From: a virus
DNA: 64,000 bases
Strand: one strand, 5' to 3'
Virus record (IMG/VR): IMGVR_UViG_3300045988_143931
Coordinates: 1 to 64,000 of that record
The notes below the pieces were generated by a model. It did not search any database and had not been told where the DNA came from. It was given only the letters and a program-made list of their open reading frames with translations. This document shows positions 8,004 through 18,852 of this stretch, in pieces; position 1 is the first letter of the stretch; each line of letters opens with the position of its first letter. The position numbers and the translations under genes were made by a program.

Positions 8004-10247
8004 CTATTCTGCTTTCATAAATATCTGAAGCATTGTTTTTCTATCGAAATTTTCCTTCTTTTTAAGTGCATTATTTACTGTACGAATTTCTCCAAGGTGA
8101 TAACATTTTTCTTTTGCTCTACTTTCTCCTACATATAACAAATTGGAATTCAACATGAAGGTATGTGCTTTAGGCGTAATTAAAACAACCACCTTGAACT
8201 GACCACCCTGAGATTTGTGTGTGCTGATAGCATAAGCCAATCGAATATTTTTCATAGAACTTTTTGGGATATAGATAAGCGTTCCATCATAATCAACAAC
8301 CATTGCATCTTTTAGAATTTTTACAACTCTACCAGATTCACCATTAGCAATAAATGTTGTATTTTTATCATCAATATATTCCTCATTATAGATAATTGCT
8401 TTATAATCATTAGCATAGTTCATTACAATGTCATTCAATCTGAATTCTGTATCTCCAAATGTAATTTTCGCCTTTGGATTAGAATTAACTGCATTCTGTA
8501 TCTTTTTATTTAATGCTACTGTTCCATAATCACCCACGTTATAGCAGGAAAGAACTGCGATATCATCTACTGTATATCCTTTAGATAATAACGTTTGATA
8601 CAATTTCACTGTATATCCAACAAGCTTATCCTGAAGAATCGGCATAAATATATATGACTGATCCTCTCCAAATACTTGCATACCCGTTTTTGTTTTATCT
8701 AAATACTCTGTTCCCGTTCTTGTATCTGTAGCAACTGTTGAAAGACCACCTTTACCATATCTGAATACTTTATCAAGCGTAATTGTAGGTATGTTTTCAC
8801 ATTTCAATAAGTCATATAACACATTACCAGCTCCAACTGAAGGAATCTGTGCATCATCACCAATTAAAAGTAATTTAGTCTTTTCAAAATCAATAGCTTC
8901 AAGCAATCTTCTAAATAAGAAAATATCAACCATAGAAAATTCATCTACGATTACTACATCATATGGTAATTTGTTTTCTTCATTAAATCCCCAATCGGCA
9001 GGTGGCATATACATAAGACCTCTATGGATTGTCATGGCATTTTCATTTGTAAATCCTGATAATACCTTTGCAGCTCTACCAGTAGGTGCTAAAAGTAAGT
9101 GTCTTTTGTTATATGCATTAAGCATATTTACAAATGCTTGTGTACTCGATGATTTACCACTACCACCATAACCAACTAAAAGAACTATGTTGTTTTCACA
9201 CATATATTGAGAAGTTTTACACTGATTGTCTGTTAATTTGAATCCGTCAAGTTCTTGAAATTTAGAGCAATCACAATCCCATTTAGTATGTATTTGTAAT
9301 CCTTCTTTAATCCTATCTGATATATATTTCTCTGTTTCATATGTTTCTTTTTTACATACACTTAATAATTCTCTATCAAATATAACATCATTCTCACCTT
9401 TTAATATGAGTGGCAAATTATTTTTTGCTTCTGGAACTAAAACATCAAACTGTTTCTTCAAATCACCAACATGCATATATGTATTGCCATTGTTCTCATT
9501 TTCATCAAGTAAATAGTCTACACATGCTTTTGCTCTTTGGTATGATGTAATCAAATCAAATCCAAAAAACAATACTGGTTTCTTTCCATTTTTTTGACAT
9601 TCCTTGCCATCTTTATCAAGGGTAAGTAATAATGAATCGGCGGTCTTAAAACCAATTCCACCAAGTCTACATAAACATTGATAAGGTTCTTCTCTGATAA
9701 CTTCCTTGATTTTATCTACTGATGTATATTTGTCATACAACTTTTTTACTGTTGAAAGATTGAATAAACCTCTGAACTCTTCAACAATCTCAGCTAACTT
9801 GAAATTTTCTATAACTTTATTTTTAATGACATTGAATGTATAATCCTTGATTCCTTTAGTCTTATTCAAATCAATATCATCTAATCTGTTATTCATAATC
9901 CTATCTACAATATCAGGGTACGCTTCAAGTAATACATCCGTTTGATTTGGTGTTAATATTTCATATAAGAAATTTCTTGTTGCTGCTAATGTAGTAGGTT
10001 TCTCTCTTTTAATATTGATTACATCGTATCCGACTCCATGAGAATCGGATACCTCCTTTGCTTTTACAATGTAGTCAACTCCAAGATTAAGTTCTGAAAT
10101 ATTACCTTTAATAGTTGCTGTGCCATATTTGCCAATCTGTACATCAGGATATTCAAATGAATTGACAGAAACGCCATATATTTTGAAGTCAGTAGAATTA
10201 TATACAAGTCTTTCTGGTACACATTTAAACTCAATTATTTTATCCAA
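8004..10247 (-). CDS. RecD-like (SF1B) DNA helicase
   Basis: HhH GIGFKTADSL, Walker A GYGGSGKSS, Walker B VVIVDEFSMVD, AISTHKSQGGQF, LYVGESRAKE. Start set to the TTG at 10247, after AAGGAG. Confidence 0.9.
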   Translation of the reverse strand: MDKIIEFKCVPERLVYNSTDFKIYGVSVNSFEYPDVQIGKYGTATIKGNISELNLGVDYIVKAKEVSDSHGVGYDVINIKREKPTTLAATRNFLYEILTPNQTDVLLEAYPDIVDRIMNNRLDDIDLNKTKGIKDYTFNVIKNKVIENFKLAEIVEEFRGLFNLSTVKKLYDKYTSVDKIKEVIREEPYQCLCRLGGIGFKTADSLLLTLDKDGKECQKNGKKPVLFFGFDLITSYQRAKACVDYLLDENENNGNTYMHVGDLKKQFDVLVPEAKNNLPLILKGENDVIFDRELLSVCKKETYETEKYISDRIKEGLQIHTKWDCDCSKFQELDGFKLTDNQCKTSQYMCENNIVLLVGYGGSGKSSSTQAFVNMLNAYNKRHLLLAPTGRAAKVLSGFTNENAMTIHRGLMYMPPADWGFNEENKLPYDVVIVDEFSMVDIFLFRRLLEAIDFEKTKLLLIGDDAQIPSVGAGNVLYDLLKCENIPTITLDKVFRYGKGGLSTVATDTRTGTEYLDKTKTGMQVFGEDQSYIFMPILQDKLVGYTVKLYQTLLSKGYTVDDIAVLSCYNVGDYGTVALNKKIQNAVNSNPKAKITFGDTEFRLNDIVMNYANDYKAIIYNEEYIDDKNTTFIANGESGRVVKILKDAMVVDYDGTLIYIPKSSMKNIRLAYAISTHKSQGGQFKVVVLITPKAHTFMLNSNLLYVGESRAKEKCYHLGEIRTVNNALKKKENFDRKTMLQIFMKAE

Positions 10248-10261
10248 CTTTACATCTCCTT

Positions 10262-13200
10262 CTAATATACGTCCCACTTCTTTACTATTCTCTCTTTTTC
10301 ATCTGTTTTAATCCAATCGCCACCAACCTTTTTCATTTTGTTTCTTTCACCAAACTCTTTTACATTGATGACATTACCTTCTTTAAATGGGGATTCAATA
10401 AAAGATTTTCCAGAAGTGATTTTGGTTTTTAGATACTCACCATTCCTCATGTTATATAACATAAGATATGGCTTGGTCTTATCCTTATAGAATTTACATT
10501 CAAGCACGTAATACATATCTTTTGGTGCTTTTGGATTTGTGTACATTATATTGCCAAGATATTCTTGCTCATATTCGATTTGCTCTTTAATTAATAGTTG
10601 TTTGTTCTCAAAGCTACCAATTATTAATTTTACAAGCATATTCTTATCAACATTACTATATTGTTTAGGTGTCTCTTTCTCTGCACATTTTCTTACATCT
10701 TCTTCTCTAATGTTCAGTGATGCAATTTTATCTTTTTTCAATGTCTTGCATTTTCCTAACAAATTGTACATATCAATAATTGATAGTAAATATTTATTCT
10801 TGCCAAACTCAGAAAAGAAATTTAGTGTTGTAAGAATATGTAATTGTCTATCATCCGCAGATGTTTTTGATATAATATCAGAAAGTAAATCGACAAAATT
10901 ATCATAATGATTTTTAGACAATTCATATAATTCGTCTGCGATCTGATCATTACAATATTTTATAGAAGAGATTCCTTGATAAATGGCATTTTCGTCTTTA
11001 TCCATAAAATACTGTGCTTTGGATTTGCCAAATTTTATTCCTTTGATTTCTATTCCCTGTGATTTGATATATTCTTTGATATTTGACATTTTTTCATTAT
11101 TGTCTACATAAACATTCAATGCTGATGTTAATAGCTCAATCTTATGGTAATACCTTAACCATCCAATAAATAGACCTATCATACTATATGGAACGGAATG
11201 ATTTCGTGAAAATAAATAATTAGATGCATCTTCGATTACTATCAAGAATGATTTTATAGTTTCTTTTGCCTCAGCTTCTGTCATTCCATACTTCTCTTGT
11301 GCAATTGCAATAAATCCTGGAATATATCTATCATCTTTATTACCGTGAATATCTACCATATATCCACCATTTTCAATAATAGGTATATCTGCTTCAGTAC
11401 CTGTTTTCTTAGCAAAGTGTCTACGGACAATATCTGCTTGTCCCATAGTAAAGCCACAGAAATCATGTAAGAAATCAATAATCTGCTCTTGGTATACTAA
11501 ATATCCAAGTGTCGGCTTTAAGAACTCATTTAATGCATCATTGCCATTGTCTTTATATATACCATTAAATAATTGTTCTCTATAAGACTCTCCTGCTGGT
11601 CTAATAGCACCACTGACCATAGCCATTACATCCAAATATGAAATATTGTCATTCTGTGCTTTTATATTCTCCAAAGTTTCTTTACTTAATGTTCTTTTTA
11701 ATGAATCACTAGCAAATCCACTTTCAAACTGGAAAATCAATGTCGTGTCTTCTGCAATGGATTTAATAACATTCTCGTCTGAAAAATCAACTTTATCTGG
11801 CGTTAAATAATCTATTCCTGCAAGCTTGCAAGCCCCATCAATTAAACCAACAGCATTTAATCCAAGCAAATCCAATTTAACATAATTTAATGAATCAATC
11901 TCATGCATATCAATTTGGCTTACAGGTCGTGGATCTGATGTAATAGATAGCGTCCCAAAATCATATCTAATATCAGTAGGACTACACACAATACCTGCCG
12001 CATGTCTACCAAGAGATGTTATTGTTCCAATTACCATATCAACATATTTAAACATTTCAGGATATTGTTCTCTTATCTCATCTGGCATATAATCCTTTCC
12101 CTTATCATCAGTTTCTACCATATTTGATAGTTCCTGTGTTTGATCAGGTGTCATACCATATGCTCTACCAACATCTTTAATCGCAGCTTTCAACTGAATG
12201 GTATTAAAAGTAATGATATTACAACAGTACAATCCTTCTTTGTTAAATAAATATTCACGCACCTTGTATCTGTCTTCAGCATAAATATCTGTATCAACAT
12301 CTGCCAGAGACATTCGTTCTGGATTCATAAAACGTGAGAAATTCAATTTGTATTTAACAGAATCTACATCTGTACATTTAATTAAATATGCTATCTCACT
12401 GCCAGATACAGAACCTCTTGAGCATCCATAATGCATATTATTTTTTAAAAGCCAATTCTTATAATCTGAATCAAGCAACATAAAATCAATTGCATCATTA
12501 TGCTTATAAGTCTCTAATTCCTCTTGTATTCTTGGAATGTATTCTGTTTTATAATTAGGTAGTTTATTAATACCTCGTTCTTTTACACCATTTACAATTC
12601 GTGACTTAAATTCTTTCTCAGCATCAGGATATAATCTTGGATATTTGTTACTATAATCCAACTCATATGATTCAATAGCATCTGCAAATCTATTTGTTTC
12701 CTCTATTGCATCAAGATATATTGATTTTGGCAATGCGTTTTGTAGTTCAAATGCAGCAACCATATCACCATAAGACTTCCATGATAAATCACATGCATCT
12801 TCATCATGGAAATTTACATTTTTGGATTTCTGCATTACAGCTCTGCCCATCATATGATCTTTGTCAATTGCATGTACATCACTTGTAGCAATTAGTTTCA
12901 TTCCATATTTCTGTGAAATTCTATATAAATATTGATTGTAATATATTTGAACATCAAAATTATGAGGTTGTATTTCTAACCAACATCTGTGTTTATTTTT
13001 AATAAGAAATTTTAAAAATCTTTCTTGCACCTCTTTAGTGCCTTTACATAACATACCTGCTACGCAAGCTGTTAAAACCAGAATATTATCAGATGTATTT
13101 TCGAGTTCTTCTAAAGTAATTCTCGGATTATAATAGAAATGCCCATCATTACGGTTAAACGAATCTGATGAAAGTTTATTTAATTCCAATACTCCATCAT

Positions 13201-13495
13201 AATTTTTCGCATATAAACAACAATGGTAATTATCTCTTTGTAAATTATCCATATCAATTTTTTCTGTTACATAAAATTCTTCTGCATTGATATATTTTAA
13301 TCCAGCCTTTTCACAAGCTTGTCTTTTTGCAATATTATGAAGTACTGCGCCATGCTCTGTAAAAGCTATGGCTTTCATTCCTTCCTCTTTCGCTTTATCA
13401 ATATAAGCTTGAAAAGGCGTAATTGAGTCAACTTCAAGACCGCTATATGGGTTAGAATCCATACTATGCAAATGTAATACTGTTAAATTACTCAA
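10262..13495 (-). CDS. dnaE: DNA polymerase III alpha subunit (DnaE-type, N-terminal PHP domain)
   Basis: PHP LHLHSMDS, ADVDTDI, GRHAAGIV, 1077 aa. TTG start after AGGTGAA. Confidence 0.9.
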   Translation of the reverse strand: MSNLTVLHLHSMDSNPYSGLEVDSITPFQAYIDKAKEEGMKAIAFTEHGAVLHNIAKRQACEKAGLKYINAEEFYVTEKIDMDNLQRDNYHCCLYAKNYDGVLELNKLSSDSFNRNDGHFYYNPRITLEELENTSDNILVLTACVAGMLCKGTKEVQERFLKFLIKNKHRCWLEIQPHNFDVQIYYNQYLYRISQKYGMKLIATSDVHAIDKDHMMGRAVMQKSKNVNFHDEDACDLSWKSYGDMVAAFELQNALPKSIYLDAIEETNRFADAIESYELDYSNKYPRLYPDAEKEFKSRIVNGVKERGINKLPNYKTEYIPRIQEELETYKHNDAIDFMLLDSDYKNWLLKNNMHYGCSRGSVSGSEIAYLIKCTDVDSVKYKLNFSRFMNPERMSLADVDTDIYAEDRYKVREYLFNKEGLYCCNIITFNTIQLKAAIKDVGRAYGMTPDQTQELSNMVETDDKGKDYMPDEIREQYPEMFKYVDMVIGTITSLGRHAAGIVCSPTDIRYDFGTLSITSDPRPVSQIDMHEIDSLNYVKLDLLGLNAVGLIDGACKLAGIDYLTPDKVDFSDENVIKSIAEDTTLIFQFESGFASDSLKRTLSKETLENIKAQNDNISYLDVMAMVSGAIRPAGESYREQLFNGIYKDNGNDALNEFLKPTLGYLVYQEQIIDFLHDFCGFTMGQADIVRRHFAKKTGTEADIPIIENGGYMVDIHGNKDDRYIPGFIAIAQEKYGMTEAEAKETIKSFLIVIEDASNYLFSRNHSVPYSMIGLFIGWLRYYHKIELLTSALNVYVDNNEKMSNIKEYIKSQGIEIKGIKFGKSKAQYFMDKDENAIYQGISSIKYCNDQIADELYELSKNHYDNFVDLLSDIISKTSADDRQLHILTTLNFFSEFGKNKYLLSIIDMYNLLGKCKTLKKDKIASLNIREEDVRKCAEKETPKQYSNVDKNMLVKLIIGSFENKQLLIKEQIEYEQEYLGNIMYTNPKAPKDMYYVLECKFYKDKTKPYLMLYNMRNGEYLKTKITSGKSFIESPFKEGNVINVKEFGERNKMKKVGGDWIKTDEKERIVKKWDVY

Positions 13496-13515
13496 TTTTT
13501 CACCTACCTATATTC

Positions 13516-14685
13516 TTATAAACTATTCACAAATGCTAATAAATCTTCCTCGTCATTATCAGTTTCGTTTTCTTCTTCGCTCTTAAATAATTCTTGAGCC
13601 TTTAAATACTCATCATATGGTTTATGTAATGACCTTGAATATCCTGATAGAGTTGCCAATCTAAAAGCATCTGCATCTGTAACCTCTTGCCAAAAGATAT
13701 TTTCATCTTCACTATCTTTATATTCTCTTTCTTTCTCGTTGATTTCTGAAATAGTGCTAATGATATCTGTCTTTAAATCATTGATCTTCTCTTCTGTTAA
13801 TAGAATCTGCACATAACAATCATGTATCTCAAACTTGTCTCTAACTTCGTCTGGTAAACAATCAATGTTATTATTTAATACCATTTCATCAATATATTTT
13901 TCAGTATCATCCTCATATCCAAATGCTTTAAGCCACATTTTTGCTGTATTTACAAGATTTTCACCAATCGCATTTCTTTCAATATATCTATCTTTTTTCT
14001 TACCGTTCTTTTGTTCAATAGTAACAGTTACATATTTTAAGAAATTCCATTCGCATACAATATCCTCTAACGGAATATCTAATGCTTGTCTAATTCCTTC
14101 AGCGTAAATAACCAACTGCCCACATTCAGCGTCAATTTTTGCTCCCTGATATCGTGTAGAAGTTTTCCAATCTACAATATGCACACGCTTTTTTTCATTG
14201 CCATCTTCATCTGTATATGGCTCAATATAGAGCATATCTATATATCCTTGCATATAAATGTCATCAGATATTTTAATTGTAATAAAATGTTCAACTTTAT
14301 GTGGGAAATTAATCAGATTATGATTTTTAAAGAAATGTCTAATGCAATTTTCATATTTATTTGCTATTGCATCGTTTTTATCAGAATCACTACGATTATA
14401 TTTAAGTTCTGCACAGTTCATTGTGAACAAACTATCTTCATATAAATCTGGCATGTCTTCATACTTAATTTTATCAGTGTATAGCTGCTCAATAATATCA
14501 TGTACATTTCCACCTGATACACAATAAATACTGTTTGTTCTGTCTTCTTTTTTATGTAGAATATATTTCAAAAAATATTCCCATTTATCTTGCTTGTAAC
14601 AATGATACCTTGACCATGACCATAATGTGTCAACACCAAATTTCTTACAAATTTCTGTTAATTCTTTACTTGTTTTTCTTGCCAA
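13516..14685 (-). CDS. PD-(D/E)XK family nuclease (Cas4/RecB-like)
   Basis: GYIDMLY...VHIVDWKTS matches the D...(D/E)xK core. Confidence 0.65.
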   Translation of the reverse strand: MARKTSKELTEICKKFGVDTLWSWSRYHCYKQDKWEYFLKYILHKKEDRTNSIYCVSGGNVHDIIEQLYTDKIKYEDMPDLYEDSLFTMNCAELKYNRSDSDKNDAIANKYENCIRHFFKNHNLINFPHKVEHFITIKISDDIYMQGYIDMLYIEPYTDEDGNEKKRVHIVDWKTSTRYQGAKIDAECGQLVIYAEGIRQALDIPLEDIVCEWNFLKYVTVTIEQKNGKKKDRYIERNAIGENLVNTAKMWLKAFGYEDDTEKYIDEMVLNNNIDCLPDEVRDKFEIHDCYVQILLTEEKINDLKTDIISTISEINEKEREYKDSEDENIFWQEVTDADAFRLATLSGYSRSLHKPYDEYLKAQELFKSEEENETDNDEEDLLAFVNSL

Positions 14686-15668
14686 ATTCTTAATTTTCTC
14701 CTTTCTGATTCATCATATATAACACGATGTTTAAGAAGGAAATTATATACTTTGTTTGGCATATCGGCAGGACTGTCTTTACTACCCCTTTTTATTAAAT
14801 CCCATTTGTCATATATGTAACTTACTTTTCTAATCGGATAGAATTTATCACATTCCTGTCTGATATGATTTATATCAATTCCTTCATCTAAAGCTATTAC
14901 AATTTCTACATTCAAACTAATTAAGATTCTTACCTGTTCTTCTGTTAGTTCACAGTTTCCAATTGCTACAGCCGTACCATCTTTTCTTGAGTATCTTTTT
15001 AAAACTGATTTCTGTGCTTCTAAGGCTACACAATAACCAGCTTCTTGAATTGTTTGATAATTTTCGTTCAATCCATATACATTAATCCCTTTTGGATATG
15101 TTTTGGATAACTTAAAAAATTTTGGTATATCAAACATTTCGTAATTTGGTACTGTAGTTCTGCCACTAATACCTATATATTCATTATCATCCCCATCCCA
15201 TTTTCGTTCAGGAATAACAATTCGTTTTCTATCATATGAATATCCAATATTAAATCTTTTACAAGCAAACGGCATAACACCTTCACGAACCCAATCAATA
15301 TAAGGTAAATCCGTATATTCTTTCATACACGAATCATCATATACTGGTATATCTTTATCTATTGTGTATCTTTGCCGCTTAACTTTTTTAAAAATTGCTA
15401 ATGGATCTTTCTTATCGTCTTTGTCATTATTTTTACTATATGAGTATTTCAATCCTAAAATATTATGGAGATATTTATTGGCTTTCCCAAAAGAAAATCC
15501 TTTAATTGTCATAACCAATGTAAAAATATCTCCACGCTTATTTTTCTCTGAGCTTCTAATTGCTACTGATAATGTATCTTTTTTAACACATATAGCAGTT
15601 TTATTATTGCCTTGTGGTAAGGCGGCTCTCCACTCTGTAGGATATTCGTGTAGTCCATGGCACTCCAA
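14658..15668 (-). CDS. DNA primase (Toprim type); the N-terminus probably extends upstream
   Basis: Toprim-like ALEAQKS and IVIALDEG. The frame stays open to 15740, with no ATG, GTG or TTG and no SD at the TTG at 15668. Possible ATT (15734) or ATA (15704) start. Confidence 0.7.
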   Translation of the reverse strand: MECHGLHEYPTEWRAALPQGNNKTAICVKKDTLSVAIRSSEKNKRGDIFTLVMTIKGFSFGKANKYLHNILGLKYSYSKNNDKDDKKDPLAIFKKVKRQRYTIDKDIPVYDDSCMKEYTDLPYIDWVREGVMPFACKRFNIGYSYDRKRIVIPERKWDGDDNEYIGISGRTTVPNYEMFDIPKFFKLSKTYPKGINVYGLNENYQTIQEAGYCVALEAQKSVLKRYSRKDGTAVAIGNCELTEEQVRILISLNVEIVIALDEGIDINHIRQECDKFYPIRKVSYIYDKWDLIKRGSKDSPADMPNKVYNFLLKHRVIYDESERRKLRIWQEKQVKN

Positions 15669-15759
15669 CGATAATAAAATCTGTTCTATACAATTATTCT
15701 CTATAATGTATTCCTTTAGTTCATCTGCATTAATACACGCTCACCGCCTCCATCACAAA

Positions 15760-17268
15760 TTAAAAATCAACTGGAACAGATGTAAAACCAACTTCTTTTA
15801 AGATATTTCTACTCATATCATGTTCACAAACAATCTGTATGCTACTTGCTGCACCTTCACGGTTTTTACAAATAAAAATAAGCTGATAATGCTTACCCTC
15901 GTCCAGCTTCACAGGTATCTTAGACTTGTTGTTTTTCCCATCAAATCTATATACCTTTAATGCATTTTTCTCGCCTGTATATTCATCTTCAAATACATCT
16001 CTAAGCATTAAACATGTACTTGCAGGATCGACAATACTTTTTGCCATACCAATGTTATCTTGGCTATAAAATCTCTGACGTGCTGAAGATTTCGCCAACT
16101 GGAATGTAATAGTTACATGAACTTCCAAGCCACCCTCTTCTTTACACTTAATTGTGTCATAAATATCAACCATATTCTGTTGCATATCTAACCACATCTT
16201 ATCGGAACGACTGCCTGAATCGGCTTTATATGTATCAAGAATGAAATACTTAACACCGAGATTTGCATATTTCTTTAGAACTTTTATGAATTTCTGAGTC
16301 TTATATCTTTTAAATGGAATAAGGGTAAGCATGTTATTCTCAGATTTTTCAACAATCCAATCTGCACATTTCTTTAACAAATCTTTTGTCTCATCTGAAT
16401 ATTTACCATCTCTTACAACAAACTTTTGTAAGTCTTGCTTGTAGATATTATTTGCAACCCATACAAGTAATTCTCTCTGCCATTTACGAATTCCTTCTTC
16501 GTTTACAGCTATAACAAGCCTTTCCCCATATTTAATCGTGCTTGGGATTAACATTGACCTTGTTAATGTGGTTTTACCCATATTAGATAATCCACCAATC
16601 AGTGTTATATTGCCAGGCAACTGACCACCAGTTTCCTTGTTAAGAATATCCATATTATTATAAGGAAGACCAACTGCAATACCTGCATCTAACTCATCAA
16701 TTAAATCATAAATGCCATCAGCCAATGAATATGACTGTACATCATCATCTGCATTGATGAAAATATGATTTAACATTGCTTCATATTCTTCATATATTTC
16801 ATCCAAAGACATATCACAGAATTCATTGATACGATTATTTACAGGGAATCCATTTTTTAACATCTCCAAAACTGTTTTCCACTTGTATAGTTCTTTAACA
16901 TACCCATCCATATTGTTGATGTTTACATACTCTTTGGCTTTATCAATCGTTTCATATCCACCATAATCCTCATATTCCTTTTTGAGTTTTTGATGCTTTT
17001 CAAGATATAAACCAACAGTCATATCATCCAATACTGATTTCTTTTCTACTACAATAATGTCATTTGCAATCTGCCAATAGACTCGCCATGTATTTTCACT
17101 AAAATCTTCAAGCTGCAATGTATAATCAAAAATTAATTCTGGTTGTTTATATAAAATAGCAACTATATTAGCTTCTGCTATTATCTTGTATTCTCGAATC
17201 TGTTTTGCACATTTTAATACTTCTTCCTGATAAGGAGTTAATTTTTTATTCTCTTTTTTCTCAGCCAA
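15760..17268 (-). CDS. dnaB: DnaB-like replicative helicase
   Basis: Walker A GGLSNMGKTTL and a RecA-like C-terminal domain. SD AGGAGG 6 nt before the TTG. Confidence 0.8.
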   Translation of the reverse strand: MAEKKENKKLTPYQEEVLKCAKQIREYKIIAEANIVAILYKQPELIFDYTLQLEDFSENTWRVYWQIANDIIVVEKKSVLDDMTVGLYLEKHQKLKKEYEDYGGYETIDKAKEYVNINNMDGYVKELYKWKTVLEMLKNGFPVNNRINEFCDMSLDEIYEEYEAMLNHIFINADDDVQSYSLADGIYDLIDELDAGIAVGLPYNNMDILNKETGGQLPGNITLIGGLSNMGKTTLTRSMLIPSTIKYGERLVIAVNEEGIRKWQRELLVWVANNIYKQDLQKFVVRDGKYSDETKDLLKKCADWIVEKSENNMLTLIPFKRYKTQKFIKVLKKYANLGVKYFILDTYKADSGSRSDKMWLDMQQNMVDIYDTIKCKEEGGLEVHVTITFQLAKSSARQRFYSQDNIGMAKSIVDPASTCLMLRDVFEDEYTGEKNALKVYRFDGKNNKSKIPVKLDEGKHYQLIFICKNREGAASSIQIVCEHDMSRNILKEVGFTSVPVDF

Positions 17269-17279
17269 TTAGTACCTCC

Positions 17280-17738
17280 TCAAAACAGTTTCTTCATTCT
17301 GTCACTTGTCTCTTTAGTCTTTTTTACATATCCAGCATTCTCATTACTCTGATTATTGAAGTCTTTAGATTCAACTCTCTCCTCAGTCTTTTTAACATTC
17401 TGCAATCTCAAATATACATCGTTGATTTCAGGTTCAATCATTTTCATAATAAGATTGATTTTATGTTTTTCATCTTTGATTTTCTTTTCATTTTCATGTA
17501 AATATGTAACAATTTTTCTCTTACATAACTTAAAGGTACATAAAATTGTGTAATCATCGTAATTAGCTTTTGCTTCATGATTATTATTCGCTATATGTTC
17601 GCCACGTTTAATACCTTGTAGCTTTAATGCGAGATACTGTGGAAATTTCATATTATCATCGTATTCAAGAATCTCTTTCTTTACATACTCACATAGTTCA
17701 ATCCACTGCTCGTTATCTTTCTTTTTTATATTTCTCAT
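17280..17738 (-). CDS. Hypothetical protein
   Basis: ORF track, co-directional within the replication module. Confidence 0.6.
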   Translation of the reverse strand: MRNIKKKDNEQWIELCEYVKKEILEYDDNMKFPQYLALKLQGIKRGEHIANNNHEAKANYDDYTILCTFKLCKRKIVTYLHENEKKIKDEKHKINLIMKMIEPEINDVYLRLQNVKKTEERVESKDFNNQSNENAGYVKKTKETSDRMKKLF

Positions 17739-17801
17739 TTACCAAATCATCCTTTCTTAAAAACTCCAACAGGCAATTAACCTGTCGGAGCATAATTTTA
17801 A

Positions 17802-18782
17802 TTAGGCTAACTGTAACTTGGCAAAATCAATTAACTCTGTAAGAGTATCTGGTGACTGCATTTCAAGATTCTTTAATGAAACATCCTTATCCTTCATCTG
17901 CTTGTTTACTTTGAGCAAAGCATCTTTATTATCCTTGAGTGACTTTAATACATCTTTAAATTCAGCAGCTAACTCTTCTGCTTTCTCAGCTTTGTCAACC
18001 ATAGAATCCGTAGAAGTCTTTAAGTCATTCTTGTATGATGTCTCATTCGTTTCAAGATCATGCATTGACTCAAAATAATCCTTCCAAATATCATAAGATG
18101 GGTTCTCAATAATCTGTCCAACCTTAGTTACATTTGTTCTGTCTTTCTTAACCTTTGCAAAATAACGAACATCCTCACCATTCTCTTCCTTATAGAACTC
18201 AAGGATTGTATCATAATCAAATTTAACTGACTTATGCATATCAGGTTTAATGCCAACTAACTTACGGTTATCGCCTGTTCCTTCATACACTTCTGTTGCC
18301 TGTGCAACTGACACAACATGCTTACCCTTTGCAGAGAGATCAATCTTAGCCTGCTGAAGCTTCATGTTAATGATCTTGATACGTCCCCACTGTCTCTGAG
18401 AAACTACTGTATCGTCAACATCTCCACCCTTTCTACGAGCTTTCTTCTCTTCAACTTCTGTAGCTCCGACCTGCATTGTTGCATAGAACTTAGTCTCCGA
18501 GTCGATGTCAAGTGTCTGAATCTCATCCGAATCTACTGCTTCGTCAATATCATCCTCTAAATCATCAAGATCTGATGTGTCGTCTACTAAAATAAGATTG
18601 TTGTAAGTCTTACCATTTGCTAATGTAATATCCTTACCCTCATAGTGAGCAATACCTGTCTCTGAGTCGATACATGCAACCTTTGGAAATGTAAGAGCAA
18701 ACCATGACTTACCAGAACCCTCATAACCATATGCTAAAAACTTTCCACCAATCTTTGCTTCTCTTGCTTTTCTAAATGCCAA
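17802..18782 (-). CDS. AAA_24/Sak4-like RecA-fold ATPase
   Basis: YGYEGSGKSWFALTF...ACIDSETG. SD GGAGG 8 nt before the TTG. Confidence 0.7.
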   Translation of the reverse strand: MAFRKAREAKIGGKFLAYGYEGSGKSWFALTFPKVACIDSETGIAHYEGKDITLANGKTYNNLILVDDTSDLDDLEDDIDEAVDSDEIQTLDIDSETKFYATMQVGATEVEEKKARRKGGDVDDTVVSQRQWGRIKIINMKLQQAKIDLSAKGKHVVSVAQATEVYEGTGDNRKLVGIKPDMHKSVKFDYDTILEFYKEENGEDVRYFAKVKKDRTNVTKVGQIIENPSYDIWKDYFESMHDLETNETSYKNDLKTSTDSMVDKAEKAEELAAEFKDVLKSLKDNKDALLKVNKQMKDKDVSLKNLEMQSPDTLTELIDFAKLQLA

Positions 18783-18852
18783 TTGTTTATCCTCCTAGAA
18801 TTTAATTTTTTATAAAGTGCTCACCCTGTTTATAACAGGGCAAGTATATTTT

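Noticed and set aside
8791-9171. Plus-strand ORFs overlapping minus-strand genes. Examples: 8791..9171, 10539..10907, 15364..15801, 24586..25050, 37368..37763, 46656..47102, 53125..53457.
   Set aside because: All lie antisense to well-supported genes. Their products are low-complexity and rich in Ser, Leu, Phe and Ile, as expected for the reverse frame of AT-rich coding DNA. They have no Shine-Dalgarno sites. I treat them as shadow ORFs.
9368-9374. AGAGAAT heptamers inside coding regions: 316, 9368, 13732, 17248, 21330, 26695, 26934, 27494.
   Set aside because: The 7-mer alone is expected several times by chance in A-rich coding DNA, and here it encodes R-E-Y, E-N or R-E-N peptides. Only the copies just upstream of starts are counted as a signal.
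15741-15743. Stop-codon reassignment (TGA read as Trp) to extend the primase N-terminus, or suppressor tRNAs.
   Set aside because: Reading through gives an implausible peptide (LWWRRWA...). All long ORFs are intact in the standard code. The two tRNAs have ordinary Lys and Gln anticodons.
18824-18840. Hairpin CCCTGTT-TAT-AACAGGG between the SSB-like and AAA_24 genes, considered as a terminator.
   Set aside because: On the coding (minus) strand it is not followed by a U-tract, and the T-run lies on the non-transcribed side. Its function is undetermined, so it is not called a terminator.
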